A stretch of DNA of 64,000 nucleotides from a virus (Duplodnaviria; Caudoviricetes): positions 32,001 through 96,000 of IMG/VR virus record IMGVR_UViG_3300033074_000233. One strand, given 5' to 3'. Shown here in pieces: positions 19,721-30,014 of this stretch; within the stretch, counting starts at the first letter, position 1; each line of letters begins with the position of its first letter. Below the pieces are notes generated by a model. That model saw only the letters and a list, made by a program, of their open reading frames with translations. It was not told where the DNA came from and ran no database searches. Made by a program: the position numbers and the translations under genes.

Positions 19721-20713
19721 CGTGAGTGCATTGATGGACAATTTAATGTCCATCTTTGCACCACACTCCTTGCAGGCCACATTGACCCGCTCTTGTACGC
19801 CGTATTTAGAAATCTGAATGAAAAAGTCCAATTCACCAAGCAATTCAGGTCCGCAGTCTAGGCTATCAAAGAAAGCCATACGTTCCTGGAGTGTGCGCCC
19901 GTGGGTAAACGGGGAAAGCACAGAGGCATACTTGGCGGTCCAAAGGACGTCATCAGATGCAGGGAGGGGATCGCCGTCGGCATCCAGCAAAGGATTACCA
20001 GCAGCGTCAAGAGACTTTAATTCGGTTACGTCAACCACGTCAGCCATAAGGACAGGATACAGGTCGATGCCGTACTCTGCCTTAACAATGTTGATTTGGT
20101 CGTCAATCTTCTGCAGGTCAGGAAACACAATGTCCAACTCACTAGTATTGTGGATCGTAACCTTGTTGTACAACGACGGCTTGTCGATCTTCTTGTTTAC
20201 TACGCGCTCAATGTGCTCCATGCTGGTACAGGAGAAGCCTACTTCATACGGGCTTTTCTTGTACGAGTTCATACGCAGCCAGTACAAACAAAAATCGAAG
20301 TCTGGCCGAGTAAGTTGGAATGCACTCCGATCAGGCTGCAAGCACGACGAAATTGCATCGCACATAATACGCAGGCTGTTTCTGGAATGAGCAACGTGTA
20401 ACTTCTTTGCTTCCTGCAACTTCAATGGACGGAGAGCGAATCCATTGTACGGATAGAACGCAAGACGGCTAGGCATGTCATGCGATACTTCCGTAAAATC
20501 CATGTTGCGTTCAGCGTAGGACACTTCGGTGATGGAATCAACCAGTTGCTGCTGCGGCGCAATAGTAGGCTGTTGACCTACCGTATGACTACCAACTACC
20601 TCGGAGCCAGACTGCTTCATTTTGTCTGCAAGGCCTGGATTACCACGCGTTACATCACTTGCTTTCACAACAGGAATTTGTCTCCCATTTTCGCCTTTTA
20701 ACACGGTCTTCAT
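19694..20713 (-). CDS. gp26-like baseplate hub / tail assembly chaperone
   Basis: PSRLAFY..LRP, D.DF.LYWLR.NSY, C-terminal CKECG..TFFP. Confidence 0.7.
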   Translation of the reverse strand: MKTVLKGENGRQIPVVKASDVTRGNPGLADKMKQSGSEVVGSHTVGQQPTIAPQQQLVDSITEVSYAERNMDFTEVSHDMPSRLAFYPYNGFALRPLKLQEAKKLHVAHSRNSLRIMCDAISSCLQPDRSAFQLTRPDFDFCLYWLRMNSYKKSPYEVGFSCTSMEHIERVVNKKIDKPSLYNKVTIHNTSELDIVFPDLQKIDDQINIVKAEYGIDLYPVLMADVVDVTELKSLDAAGNPLLDADGDPLPASDDVLWTAKYASVLSPFTHGRTLQERMAFFDSLDCGPELLGELDFFIQISKYGVQERVNVACKECGAKMDIKLSINALTFFPAIQRA

Positions 20714-20742
20714 TTCTCATACCTCAAGGGCTTAGTTGAAAC

Positions 20743-21957
20743 TTATCTCGGTCCACCAGTCATCAAGCCACCTATTTTGGTAGAGGCAAACTTGTTGGCA
20801 ACACCGTTCAATTTGTCGTTGATACCTGCTTTCTCAATCATCATGTTGAGCAGCGGGTTCTGTGTCTTCAAGTGGAAGAATCCGTTTCCATTATTGTCTT
20901 GGAGACTTTGTTTAAGACCGCGACTTGGATCCATTGAAGTACCCGTTTGTCCGCTCCAGTCCTCCATCAAATAAACACCGTCGGTTGCAAAGTCAACTGT
21001 CAACTTTACAGTATCCGACGTGGCAGATTGAAGGGCAATTGGCTGGCGGGCGGTGGGCCAACAATTTACTGCACGGAAATGTCCAGCAATTTCACTGGTC
21101 GCATCATAGCAGTAAATGTCAATATCGCGCTTGAATTTGCTTGGCGGATTATACAGACCATCCGCAGTTCGGACTTGGTTGTGCCAGAAGTTGGCAAACT
21201 TGGACGCATACATCCTGTTGTCTTCATAGAACGTCAGTGATAGGCTACCAACGTCAATGAATCCCGGATAATAAACCTGAGAACCTTGTCGATACGTGGC
21301 CTCGGAGTTTATCGTTTGCAATCCTATGTTTGCGTCTTCCACGTAGAAATTGATCAGGTCATCGTTCGTAAACCCGTAGGTATTCACGAAGGCCATCATT
21401 ATGTCGTAGGGAAGACCAATGCCCCAGTCAAACCCCATAAGCGGATCGCCTCGTTGGCGCATTTTCGCTATATTGGAATCTGTTCTAAGTGCCTTACCTA
21501 TAGGAATAATCTTTGGTTCCGTAGGCGCATTCAGAATGTCTACTAGGTCCTTGTTGGCAAATAGGTCATAGATGCCAGTAAGGTTCTTGCCTGTCAACTT
21601 ATCCAGAAGACCTAGTCCAAGACCTATCTGTGCAGACTTACTCTTTCCGCCGGATACAACGAGGTCCTTGATATTACGCTGCGTTTTATCGCCAGCACCA
21701 AGACTTCCTGCTACTGCACCTACACCAAAGTCGATTGCTTTCGATTTGATCAGGCTAGCAGGCTTGCTCTTGGTATTAGCGCCAGCAGCCGCCAAAGCAA
21801 CAGCGGCCCCGAGCACAAGACCTGCTGCGCCGGAGCCCGTTTGCGAATCTGCTTTAGCACCCGTTGAGGGTGCTCCGTTGGAAGTAGGTGACGACGCCGT
21901 AATGCTCGTAGTCGGCGCCGCCACACTCTTGTCGCCCCGAGGGCTTGGTAATGACAT
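20743..21957 (-). CDS. Tail tube-like baseplate protein (gp54/gp48-like)
   Basis: C-terminal tube fold: SLTFYED...FW...KRDIDIY...NCWPT...KLTVDF. Confidence 0.65.
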   Translation of the reverse strand: MSLPSPRGDKSVAAPTTSITASSPTSNGAPSTGAKADSQTGSGAAGLVLGAAVALAAAGANTKSKPASLIKSKAIDFGVGAVAGSLGAGDKTQRNIKDLVVSGGKSKSAQIGLGLGLLDKLTGKNLTGIYDLFANKDLVDILNAPTEPKIIPIGKALRTDSNIAKMRQRGDPLMGFDWGIGLPYDIMMAFVNTYGFTNDDLINFYVEDANIGLQTINSEATYRQGSQVYYPGFIDVGSLSLTFYEDNRMYASKFANFWHNQVRTADGLYNPPSKFKRDIDIYCYDATSEIAGHFRAVNCWPTARQPIALQSATSDTVKLTVDFATDGVYLMEDWSGQTGTSMDPSRGLKQSLQDNNGNGFFHLKTQNPLLNMMIEKAGINDKLNGVANKFASTKIGGLMTGGPR

Positions 21958-21985
21958 GACTTACGGCCCTCCCTGTTGATATGGG

Positions 21986-22924
21986 TTAACTAGATAAGCC
22001 ATTGAGTTCATTGAAGGCTACCTTGAACTTTGTCCATGATAGTTCTGTCCAATTCTTGGGAATTTTGTAGCATTCCGTGCAGGTTCTAGTTTTCCTAGTG
22101 GAAATTTTTGGCATTAACAAGCAGAAGTCGTAGCCAAGTTCACTGCACCTAATAGCCTTACGCCGGTTTGTATAGTACGTTGACTTAACCTTGAACAGCG
22201 TATACGTGGACTTTACTTCTACGATCCGATTAAGGTCTTTTATATAGAGGTCAGGATAATATCTTTTCCAGTGGCCTTTATAGAGGTATCTTATGGTTGG
22301 AATATGCTTGGATAGACCGGCTTCGATTCTATCAGGATTTACCTTTTTTATCTTGGTCAAATACCTTAGGGCTGCATCCTCATAACCTTGAACGAAAAAT
22401 TTCTTTCCACCGAGTTTGATGCGTCTCCTCTCAAAAAAGTTACCTTTTGACCTGTCTGTATTGGAACAGAGCCTATCAAACAGGTCGCTCTGATGCTTAC
22501 TAAGGCTATCTTTTTTGCACTCGGGACACCTGTTGTATCCAGCCTTAGAGGTACAAACGTCAGAAGGTTTCACATCCCAGGAACATGAACACTTCAGGCA
22601 AGTGTGTAGAGAGGCTATTAGCATACCTTTGTAAGGCTCTGCTAATGCAACTTTTTTCCTTTTGCATATTACCGCATACTTGGCCTGCGCTTGAATCGAC
22701 CTAACAGACTCAGGCCCGACATGGGAGCAAGACCTGCATCCACTTCCAGTACGGGTTATGAACGAGGGTTTAGTCTCCCAAGTACGCTCGCAAGTAAGAC
22801 ACTTATGACTACTTGCAACCTTCCAGCCCTCATATTTAATACACCTGATTCCTTTCTTGGCTATGAGGGCCTTGTATTCCTTTTCTCTTTCTGAGCGATC
22901 ATACCTTAGATCGTAATTCGCCAT
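21986..22924 (-). CDS. Free-standing Zn-ribbon + PD-(D/E)xK endonuclease (homing-endonuclease-like)
   Basis: Four CxxC pairs, QGYE, RYYPDLYI...IVEVKS; AT-rich insertion between two tube-fold genes. Confidence 0.75.
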   Translation of the reverse strand: MANYDLRYDRSEREKEYKALIAKKGIRCIKYEGWKVASSHKCLTCERTWETKPSFITRTGSGCRSCSHVGPESVRSIQAQAKYAVICKRKKVALAEPYKGMLIASLHTCLKCSCSWDVKPSDVCTSKAGYNRCPECKKDSLSKHQSDLFDRLCSNTDRSKGNFFERRRIKLGGKKFFVQGYEDAALRYLTKIKKVNPDRIEAGLSKHIPTIRYLYKGHWKRYYPDLYIKDLNRIVEVKSTYTLFKVKSTYYTNRRKAIRCSELGYDFCLLMPKISTRKTRTCTECYKIPKNWTELSWTKFKVAFNELNGLSS

Positions 22925-22963
22925 TTGATACCTCGTCTTTTAGGACTCAGTATCAAATTAGTG
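22923..22963 (-). promoter_or_regulatory. RBS-sequestering hairpin overlapped by putative late promoter
   Basis: ATTTGATAC/GTATCAAAT 9-bp stem encloses GAGGT RBS and part of ATG; CTAATTTGAT overlaps the 5' arm. Confidence 0.6.
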
Positions 22964-22975
22964 AAAAGTGTCGCT

Positions 22976-23479
22976 TTATTCAGAATGAAAATCGTAGTTG
23001 AACGTAACCGTATAGAGAACCGGTTGCGAACCCGAACCGTCGAGGGATGGCTCGTCCAACGTCTGCGGGAATACCCCGTAGATATTGATAGTACGGACTG
23101 CGTTGCCTTTGTCATCATACAGAGCCAACTGGGCAGTGGCTTCGTAGTTGACCTTGAACTGCCCCGTGTTAGCGGCTACGTTCCGGGCGTATTCAATCCA
23201 ACTACGAATCGCATCCCGTGTCGTCATGTCACGGGTTTCGAGGAACGTAGCAGTGAACTGGTTGGTATACATTTCGCGACCAGCATACTTCACGGTTGCT
23301 CCGTGAAGAGTGATGGGCACGTCCTCTACCGCTACGCCCGGCAGAATTACGTTTTGACACTTAATCGTAAGCGGCCGGAAGTCCGCTCCCGACGGTACAA
23401 GCGGGATAAACAAATCCCAGTTGTACGACAGAAGCGGGTCTGGCAGACTACGGATGTCGGAAAGAGAAGTACGTGCCAT
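22976..23479 (-). CDS. Tail tube protein (gp19-like)
   Basis: 167 aa directly downstream of sheath; YAGR...F.ET...W...GVFP...VTFNYD. Confidence 0.85.
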   Translation of the reverse strand: MARTSLSDIRSLPDPLLSYNWDLFIPLVPSGADFRPLTIKCQNVILPGVAVEDVPITLHGATVKYAGREMYTNQFTATFLETRDMTTRDAIRSWIEYARNVAANTGQFKVNYEATAQLALYDDKGNAVRTINIYGVFPQTLDEPSLDGSGSQPVLYTVTFNYDFHSE

Positions 23480-23494
23480 TTTCGTTGTCTCCTA

Positions 23495-26125
23495 TTAGAC
23501 GTTGCCGCCAGAGGCGATCAGTTCCTGGAACGAAACACCCTGTTTGGTAATAATCATCTGCAACTGGATCACCCTTGCCGGAAGGATCGGTTGAATGTAA
23601 ACATCTACGTTCAACTGGCCGATATTTGCAATCTGTGGCGGGTTGTTCGACGAATCACTGATTACGGCGTAGTCAGCAATACCGCGACCGTTCTTGATTA
23701 CCTCAAGGAACTGTGCGATAAGCGTAACAATCTGCCGCTTCAGGAAGTCATCGTTCGGCTCGAAGTTGCTAAACAACAGCGCCTGCGATACCGATACCTC
23801 GATGATATCCAGCATACGACGCACGTTCACGAAGGACAGTGCGGACGTTTTGGATTGCAGCGTGGTTTGTTCCCATACTGCGATACCGAGACCCGGGAAG
23901 TTGCGGACGTAGTTGATCTGCGACGGAGCCAGCAAATCACGCTCGGCTTGGTTGTACTTGTAGCGAACACCAAGCACGTTCAGCGTACCACGATTCAAAC
24001 CAGCAGGTGCGTACCACACTTGCGACGTGAAGTCGGTGAAGGCGTACACGGCACCAACGTAGCCAGAAGGCGGAACGTAGATAACCAGGTCGTTGTAAGG
24101 ATCGTTGATACGCAGGTCCGGCGTGTACAGCGTCGCACGGTTGCTGTTGATATTCAGAACGTCACGACGATACACGACTGCCTGAGTCGCGTCCTGATAG
24201 GAGGTCGGTACGTCAAGAATCGCAATACAGTCCTTACGAGCCAGACACACGGAGTTCATCTTCAACTGGATAGCGGCTTGTTGCGTACCACCCTCCATGA
24301 GGATACGAACCGTGATCTTTTCCGGGTCAATAAACTGATCCCAGCCAGTAACGAAGGCACTCGCGCTAATGCTGCTATAGGCATCACCGTCAGCACCGCC
24401 AGCGAACGGGGTATCGACAACACTGAGAACTCCGTACTGGCCGTTGGTATCAGTGTAGGTGGTATTCTTGACGGCGCGAACTACCTTCGAGAAGGTATTT
24501 ACGCGGGTCTCGATATCCATCTGCTGGCCAAAGCCATCAAGTTTCTCGATCAGGGAAATGTCATATTCCTCGATCGGTTGGCTGCTGCTGATGCTGGTGT
24601 CAAAGATAGACAGGCGGAGCTCGTTGCTCAGCGTGAAGTTGGCACTCGGAATCGTTGCCGTAGTTCCGACAACAGTACCGCCATCAGTGAACGAAGCGTT
24701 ACCCGAACTCGGCTGATTCACGGAGCCAAGATACAGGTACGTGCCGTTAACAGTAGCAGGACGACCGTATATCTTGTAGTACGCTGCACCTTCGACACGG
24801 GTAATTGTCAGGACAGGCGACCCACCAAGAAGGCCCACGATAGCAGACACACCGGTTAGTGCATCCGTTTCTTGACCCAGCGAGTTAACCGCAGTTGCCT
24901 TGTAGTAGTACGTGGCAGCAGCCAGCGTACCAGTTCCAGTGGGCGGAGTCTGCGTGCCCGTACCAACTACTGCGCCAAGATCAGCATAGGCCACAGTAGG
25001 TGCAGTCAGCGTGGTAATCAGGCGGCTAGCAACAACAGTAGGTGCCGTTTGGGCACGATATACCTTGTAGTAAGCGGCGCCAGGAACTGGCGTAATCGTT
25101 ACTGTCGGGAAATCCGTCAGCGAGGCGATTACCGCAGAAGTAGCAGCCAGAGCACTTGTCTCATTACCAAGCGCATCTACTGCGGTTACTTGATAGGTGT
25201 AAGTACCTGCGGTCAGCGTACCTGCACCAGCAAGCGTAATCGGCGCCGTAATCGCAGGCGCATAGATCGTGCTTACCGTAGGTGCATACAGGTTCGTTGA
25301 GATAATGGAAGCCTTCAACGTGTCTGCATATACACCAGGGCCAATGGCATACAGGAAGAAAGCATCTTCGCTGATTGTGGGACCAACGGGAGGACTCTGG
25401 GTATCAGCGCCGAGAATAGCACCATCGTCAACATACACAGCATCACCCGTGGTGGGCTGAGCAACTGAGGTGATGTAGCGTTGAGCAACAGCGGTTACGT
25501 TGGTCTTCTCACGATAGACCTTGTAAGAAACGGCGCCAGCAACACGGGTGATGGTAACAGTTACCTTCTGGCCAAGCGTCAGACCAGCAACAGCGGTCGC
25601 TACAAGCGCAGCAGTCTCTTGGCCGTAGGCGTTTACTGCGGTGACTTGGTAGGCGTAGTCACCAGCGATCAACGTACCGCCAGTGCCACCCGCAACTGCG
25701 GAAGCCAAAGTCGGAGTAGTAACTGTAGCAAACTCCACGCTATCAGGCGTAGTGCCGCCAGTGACACCGCCAAGTACGGTAGTCGTAGGACGGGTTACGT
25801 TGACACCATTTTCTGATGCTGTCGTGATGTTCACGCCACACTTGATACCCGAGTATGCGTAAGCGCCTTCAACTACGCGGACAACGTAGAGTTGGCTCGA
25901 ACGCTCAAGGAAAGCAAGAGCAGCATAGGCACCGTATCCATTGGTCGGATGCGGATTGCCGAAGGTGTTGATGTACTCTTGAGTGTTGGTAACCAGAACT
26001 GGTGAGTTAATCTTGCCACGCTTGGCATGAAGAACGATTGCACCAACAGAGGTTGAAGTGGTCGGAACGACTTGGCTCAAGTCCTTCTCGACAACGTACA
26101 CTCCAGCGGATTGATAAACAGGCAT
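23495..26125 (-). CDS. Tail sheath protein with three inserted beta-sandwich repeats
   Basis: SAGVYVVEKDLS N-terminus; PPSG, WYAPAGLNRG, VNVRR, FEPND C-terminal motifs. Confidence 0.95.
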   Translation of the reverse strand: MPVYQSAGVYVVEKDLSQVVPTTSTSVGAIVLHAKRGKINSPVLVTNTQEYINTFGNPHPTNGYGAYAALAFLERSSQLYVVRVVEGAYAYSGIKCGVNITTASENGVNVTRPTTTVLGGVTGGTTPDSVEFATVTTPTLASAVAGGTGGTLIAGDYAYQVTAVNAYGQETAALVATAVAGLTLGQKVTVTITRVAGAVSYKVYREKTNVTAVAQRYITSVAQPTTGDAVYVDDGAILGADTQSPPVGPTISEDAFFLYAIGPGVYADTLKASIISTNLYAPTVSTIYAPAITAPITLAGAGTLTAGTYTYQVTAVDALGNETSALAATSAVIASLTDFPTVTITPVPGAAYYKVYRAQTAPTVVASRLITTLTAPTVAYADLGAVVGTGTQTPPTGTGTLAAATYYYKATAVNSLGQETDALTGVSAIVGLLGGSPVLTITRVEGAAYYKIYGRPATVNGTYLYLGSVNQPSSGNASFTDGGTVVGTTATIPSANFTLSNELRLSIFDTSISSSQPIEEYDISLIEKLDGFGQQMDIETRVNTFSKVVRAVKNTTYTDTNGQYGVLSVVDTPFAGGADGDAYSSISASAFVTGWDQFIDPEKITVRILMEGGTQQAAIQLKMNSVCLARKDCIAILDVPTSYQDATQAVVYRRDVLNINSNRATLYTPDLRINDPYNDLVIYVPPSGYVGAVYAFTDFTSQVWYAPAGLNRGTLNVLGVRYKYNQAERDLLAPSQINYVRNFPGLGIAVWEQTTLQSKTSALSFVNVRRMLDIIEVSVSQALLFSNFEPNDDFLKRQIVTLIAQFLEVIKNGRGIADYAVISDSSNNPPQIANIGQLNVDVYIQPILPARVIQLQMIITKQGVSFQELIASGGNV

Positions 26126-26127
26126 GA

Positions 26128-26451
26128 TTACTTACCTCCCCTAGTCAGGGTCTTGTCTGTTGGCTTCACTACCATTTCGGGTTGTTGAACTGCGACCGTC
26201 TTTCTTTCCTCTACGTCAGGCACTGCTTGTACCTCTTTCGGTTTCTCTATTACCGCAGGAATTACTTCCTTAGGTTTATCTTCCTTGATAATGAGTTGTG
26301 GAAATCTACCTTTTGTTTGCTCCGAAATAAAATAACCCTCGGGAACATTAAAGGTCTGCCTTGAAAGCAAGGTCGTACTGCGTTCATCACGTCCATTGCT
26401 AACCATAATTGGAATAGCGATGTTTGTTGGATTTCGTACTGTCGTTGGCAT
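26128..26451 (-). CDS. Hypothetical protein
   Basis: AGGAGG RBS, preceded by late motif. Confidence 0.7.
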   Translation of the reverse strand: MPTTVRNPTNIAIPIMVSNGRDERSTTLLSRQTFNVPEGYFISEQTKGRFPQLIIKEDKPKEVIPAVIEKPKEVQAVPDVEERKTVAVQQPEMVVKPTDKTLTRGGK

Positions 26452-26513
26452 GTATGCCTCCTTTCTGTCACAAGATTAAATTAGTGAGATTGTCGCTCAG
26501 CACTTACTTCTAT

Positions 26514-27077
26514 TTATGGTGTAGCCGAGATATCACCTGTGACTGACCAAGTTCCACCAATAAATGTCACCATGGCCCAGCCCCATTGTGGTATATATAC
26601 GACAGGTAAACTGCCGAGGGGGGTATTTATATTGGTCTCATCCTCTCGCGCAATACTTACCAGTGCTGCCGTATCTTTGTACACGCGGAAAGTAAAGCCC
26701 TCAGGTGCGTCATAGGTAAGTGTCATAGGAAGAATTACTTGTGACGCGGTCGTTACCCGAACAGGAAAATTAAGCCATGCAGCCGAGGCAATAGTCGTTA
26801 CAGCAATTTCAATTGGTGAATAAAGAGTCGAGGACACCAACGGAAGCCATTCTGTGGCCAACGGACCTGTCTTAATAAAGAGATTGATAAAGGTTTGATT
26901 GGCTCCAGGTGTTGCAACCTGAACATAAATAGCCGGAACACTTCCAGCCACGCCAAGACCAGTTCTCGGGTCCGCTGTTCCCGTAAAAGTTGTCAACTTG
27001 AAAGGAAAGTTTGCCTGAACATAAGCCTTGAAAGCATTTAAGCCTTCGTACATGGAATTGATGGTAATATCTGTCAT
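26514..27077 (-). CDS. Virion fibre/whisker-associated protein (paralogous N-terminus to 30015-30854)
   Basis: MTDITINSMYEGLNAFKAYVQANFPFKLT matches N-terminus of 30015-30854. Confidence 0.6.
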   Translation of the reverse strand: MTDITINSMYEGLNAFKAYVQANFPFKLTTFTGTADPRTGLGVAGSVPAIYVQVATPGANQTFINLFIKTGPLATEWLPLVSSTLYSPIEIAVTTIASAAWLNFPVRVTTASQVILPMTLTYDAPEGFTFRVYKDTAALVSIAREDETNINTPLGSLPVVYIPQWGWAMVTFIGGTWSVTGDISATP

Positions 27078-27096
27078 TTTCGTTCTCCTTGATTAA

Positions 27097-27963
27097 CTAC
27101 GGACCATACCACTTGTATTTAGTTAGGTAACTAGTGCTGGTATCCAGCATAGCGATTTCGTTGTCAATAATCCGTGTCAGGCTTCCCAGTGAGGTATATG
27201 AAGGAATTAGTAGTCCTGTACCATGTGCAGCCCAAATTGAACCATTCCAATCGTATACCTGTAGTGTCTGGGCATTTCCGTCAATGTAGGCAACCGACGT
27301 TGTTGTTAAATTGCACTGTATAGGGTTAAGCGTTGCTGGTATTGATAGCGGAGTACCTAGTAGTGTCCAAACGCCACCAGAGTATTGATACGCTCTTAAC
27401 TGGTCGTTTTGATTATCATTTAGGCAGTACAGGCCTGTGTCCATTCTTGAAAGAATGGGAATCGTCACGCTAACTCCAAGAGAAGTTCCCGCCAGGGCCC
27501 ACACGCTTCCGTTCCAATTATAGGTACGTAGTTGGTCTCCGGTACTATCAATGAAAGCAACATTAGAAGAATCTATTGGTGCCATAGAGCCAGAAGATTG
27601 CGAAATAGATAAAGACGAACCAACTTGGGCCCAGTCTGTTCCATCCCAAGAATAGGTCCTCAAGGTGTTAGTAACCGCAGAAGCGACCGCAACAGTTGTG
27701 GCATCTAGGTTTGTTATGGAGAAGTAGTTAGTCCAAGCACTAATTGTCAGTTCATTGCCAACAAGAGCAAAAGTCGAGCCTGACCACTGATACGTGGCCA
27801 ACTTAATGTCTGTACCGTTAGAATAGATAACAGCAAATAGGTCTGACCCTAAATAAACCAGACCTGATGCTACTGCGTCTGTTAAGGTAGGAGTTCCTTC
27901 TACACGCCAACCCGTAAGAGGTCCTGACGACTGGTTATAAATGCCAAGCATACTCATTGTCAA
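27097..27963 (-). CDS. Beta-propeller-like repeat protein
   Basis: About five to six repeats of LRTYxWxGxxWxxxGxxL. Confidence 0.65.
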   Translation of the reverse strand: MTMSMLGIYNQSSGPLTGWRVEGTPTLTDAVASGLVYLGSDLFAVIYSNGTDIKLATYQWSGSTFALVGNELTISAWTNYFSITNLDATTVAVASAVTNTLRTYSWDGTDWAQVGSSLSISQSSGSMAPIDSSNVAFIDSTGDQLRTYNWNGSVWALAGTSLGVSVTIPILSRMDTGLYCLNDNQNDQLRAYQYSGGVWTLLGTPLSIPATLNPIQCNLTTTSVAYIDGNAQTLQVYDWNGSIWAAHGTGLLIPSYTSLGSLTRIIDNEIAMLDTSTSYLTKYKWYGP

Positions 27964-28026
27964 AACTCCTTGGGTTTTTATTCTTGGTAATACCTCAAAG
28001 AGACATCCGTGTCCCTATAGGTATAT

Positions 28027-30003
28027 TTACGGAACCATGTCACCAACAGTTACCCAGGTGCTACCAGTCCCTAGGAAAATGCGGTTCTCCAGATAACAAG
28101 AGGCTACTTTGTTGGCGTTTACAGTCGTGGCACCTGCACCTTGCAGTATGTCTGCAAATCCGGTAGCGACGGTAATCTGAGCGGTGCCTTTGTTCCGGAA
28201 ATTGAATGTGAAGCCAGAGGGCAAAGCCAAACCAAGCTGGTTAGGAATTCTGATAGTGATCGGAGTATTCTCGTTGAAGACTAGCGTAGCACCATTGTCT
28301 GAGGCTGTAACTGTGTAGGTACCAGCCGAAGTAGAAACTGGAAGGCTACGTTGCAACATCGAACCAATCGGATACCAAGTACCGTCTGTGATCGACTTAA
28401 TCCAAAACAATCCGTTAGCGTAATCCTGAGTAACCTGACCAGGTAGAGCCGCAGCAGAAGCTGGCGTCGGATTTATGTTGGGGTCACCCGCGTAGGAATC
28501 GGCAAATGGAACGTACTGCTGAGGCTTTACATAATTAGCCGAGACTGTTTTTTCTACTTCATTCTGTTTTGTGTATATCGGGATGCTTGCACCATCAACA
28601 AAGTATGCGTCAGACTGCTGGGCTATGACCAATACAACACCAGCGTCCAGTTCATAGTATGCTAGGAACTGAGCGATGTTAATTATTTTGGAAGTTTCTC
28701 CAACTATGAAAGTATCGCTTATGGTTGCTATGGTTACAGCTGGGTCACCTGGGGTAGTCTGAGACTGCTGGATTAAAATGTTGAATGGTAGATTTTCCGT
28801 TCTGGTGAAGTTGGATTCAGTCAGGGTTATTGTCATATCTCCCGTCAATAAATCCGTACTGGTAGATAAGGTAGCCACCGGTGTATTAGGAGTGTAAACG
28901 AAAGATACTGTCGTTGACCAGGCTGATACGAGACCAATCTCGTTTATCGCACGACACCTTACGTAGTAGGTTCCACCTGGAAAGGCACCAAGTATGTTGA
29001 AGTCGGCTACGTTAGCCATCCGCAAAGAATCACTGTTGCCAACAGGAGACGACGCCGTATAAACTCCTAGCAGAGAGGAGGTGTTAAATAGGTTGTCAGT
29101 GGCCAGCTCCCAGTAGAAAGCCTTAATGGGCGAAGGGAAATCACCTACTAAAGGTGCAGGAGCAGAACTAATGAAAACACCCAAGTTAATGTCGCCCGCG
29201 ACTGAGGAAATTACGGGCGCTGTAGGAGTATAAACGTAATCGTAAGGTCCAGGTAGAGTTAGAGCAGAGTCAGGACGAGTGTACGCACGTACCTCCGATA
29301 TGTAGGTAGAGCCTGCAAAGTTATTTGTGAACAATAGGGTGGTCTTTACCGCTCCGTCCGACAGTTGTGCATTTTCAATGTCAGTAGGGGTTACTACATG
29401 GTAGATGTACTCAGCCTCGTATTCTCCAGGAGAAACTTGTCTCACGGACACAGGAGCAATGGTTGTAGTATTGTAGATTGTTGGATCGTATTGATTCGTT
29501 ACTTGTACATAGATACCAAGCCCCTGAACCGCAAGCACGGAGACAGCCTGACACTTAACCACTACGTGGATAAAATCCGCAGTAGTTGTTGACTGTTGCA
29601 TTGCATCAATTATCAGGTACTGACCTTGAGTCAGTAGATAACTGGTGTTAGAGGCCGTGCCATTGCCGTATCCAATATTACCAACCGTTGAGATTGGAGG
29701 AGGCGTACCCAGCCACTCTGCTACAATCATTGTGGGCTGAATCATTGCAAAAATAATGAAGGCACTGGAGTTTATGCCAGCGTCAAACACATAGAACTCA
29801 CCTACCTTATAAGAAGCGGTGCTTGCTACGGCCAGGGCGGTTATATTGCCTCCAAAAGAAGGGCCAACTGTGCCAGGATCGGCCATAGTTGACTGAGGAA
29901 GTGGATCAGTTATCGAAGTAGACGCCGCCACCATTGTTGAAGACGCTGCTTGCAGGGCGTTCAACAGCAGGTTAGGAGACTGCTGTAATGCAGAAAGTTT
30001 CAT
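28027..30003 (-). CDS. Virion structural protein (FN3-like domain; fibre-type C-terminus)
   Basis: GTYYVRCRAINEIG.VSAWS FN3-like motif; W...GD C-terminus shared with 26514-27077. Confidence 0.6.
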   Translation of the reverse strand: MKLSALQQSPNLLLNALQAASSTMVAASTSITDPLPQSTMADPGTVGPSFGGNITALAVASTASYKVGEFYVFDAGINSSAFIIFAMIQPTMIVAEWLGTPPPISTVGNIGYGNGTASNTSYLLTQGQYLIIDAMQQSTTTADFIHVVVKCQAVSVLAVQGLGIYVQVTNQYDPTIYNTTTIAPVSVRQVSPGEYEAEYIYHVVTPTDIENAQLSDGAVKTTLLFTNNFAGSTYISEVRAYTRPDSALTLPGPYDYVYTPTAPVISSVAGDINLGVFISSAPAPLVGDFPSPIKAFYWELATDNLFNTSSLLGVYTASSPVGNSDSLRMANVADFNILGAFPGGTYYVRCRAINEIGLVSAWSTTVSFVYTPNTPVATLSTSTDLLTGDMTITLTESNFTRTENLPFNILIQQSQTTPGDPAVTIATISDTFIVGETSKIINIAQFLAYYELDAGVVLVIAQQSDAYFVDGASIPIYTKQNEVEKTVSANYVKPQQYVPFADSYAGDPNINPTPASAAALPGQVTQDYANGLFWIKSITDGTWYPIGSMLQRSLPVSTSAGTYTVTASDNGATLVFNENTPITIRIPNQLGLALPSGFTFNFRNKGTAQITVATGFADILQGAGATTVNANKVASCYLENRIFLGTGSTWVTVGDMVP

Positions 30004-30014
30004 GTCAGTTCTCC

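Noticed and set aside
22925-24859. 644-aa plus-strand ORF
   Set aside because: Antisense shadow of the tube and sheath genes caused by their codon bias; no recognisable motifs
13577-26125. Bacterial T6SS/eCIS interpretation of PAAR, spike, sheath and tube
   Set aside because: Capsid genes, topoisomerases and homing endonucleases in the same contig indicate a phage
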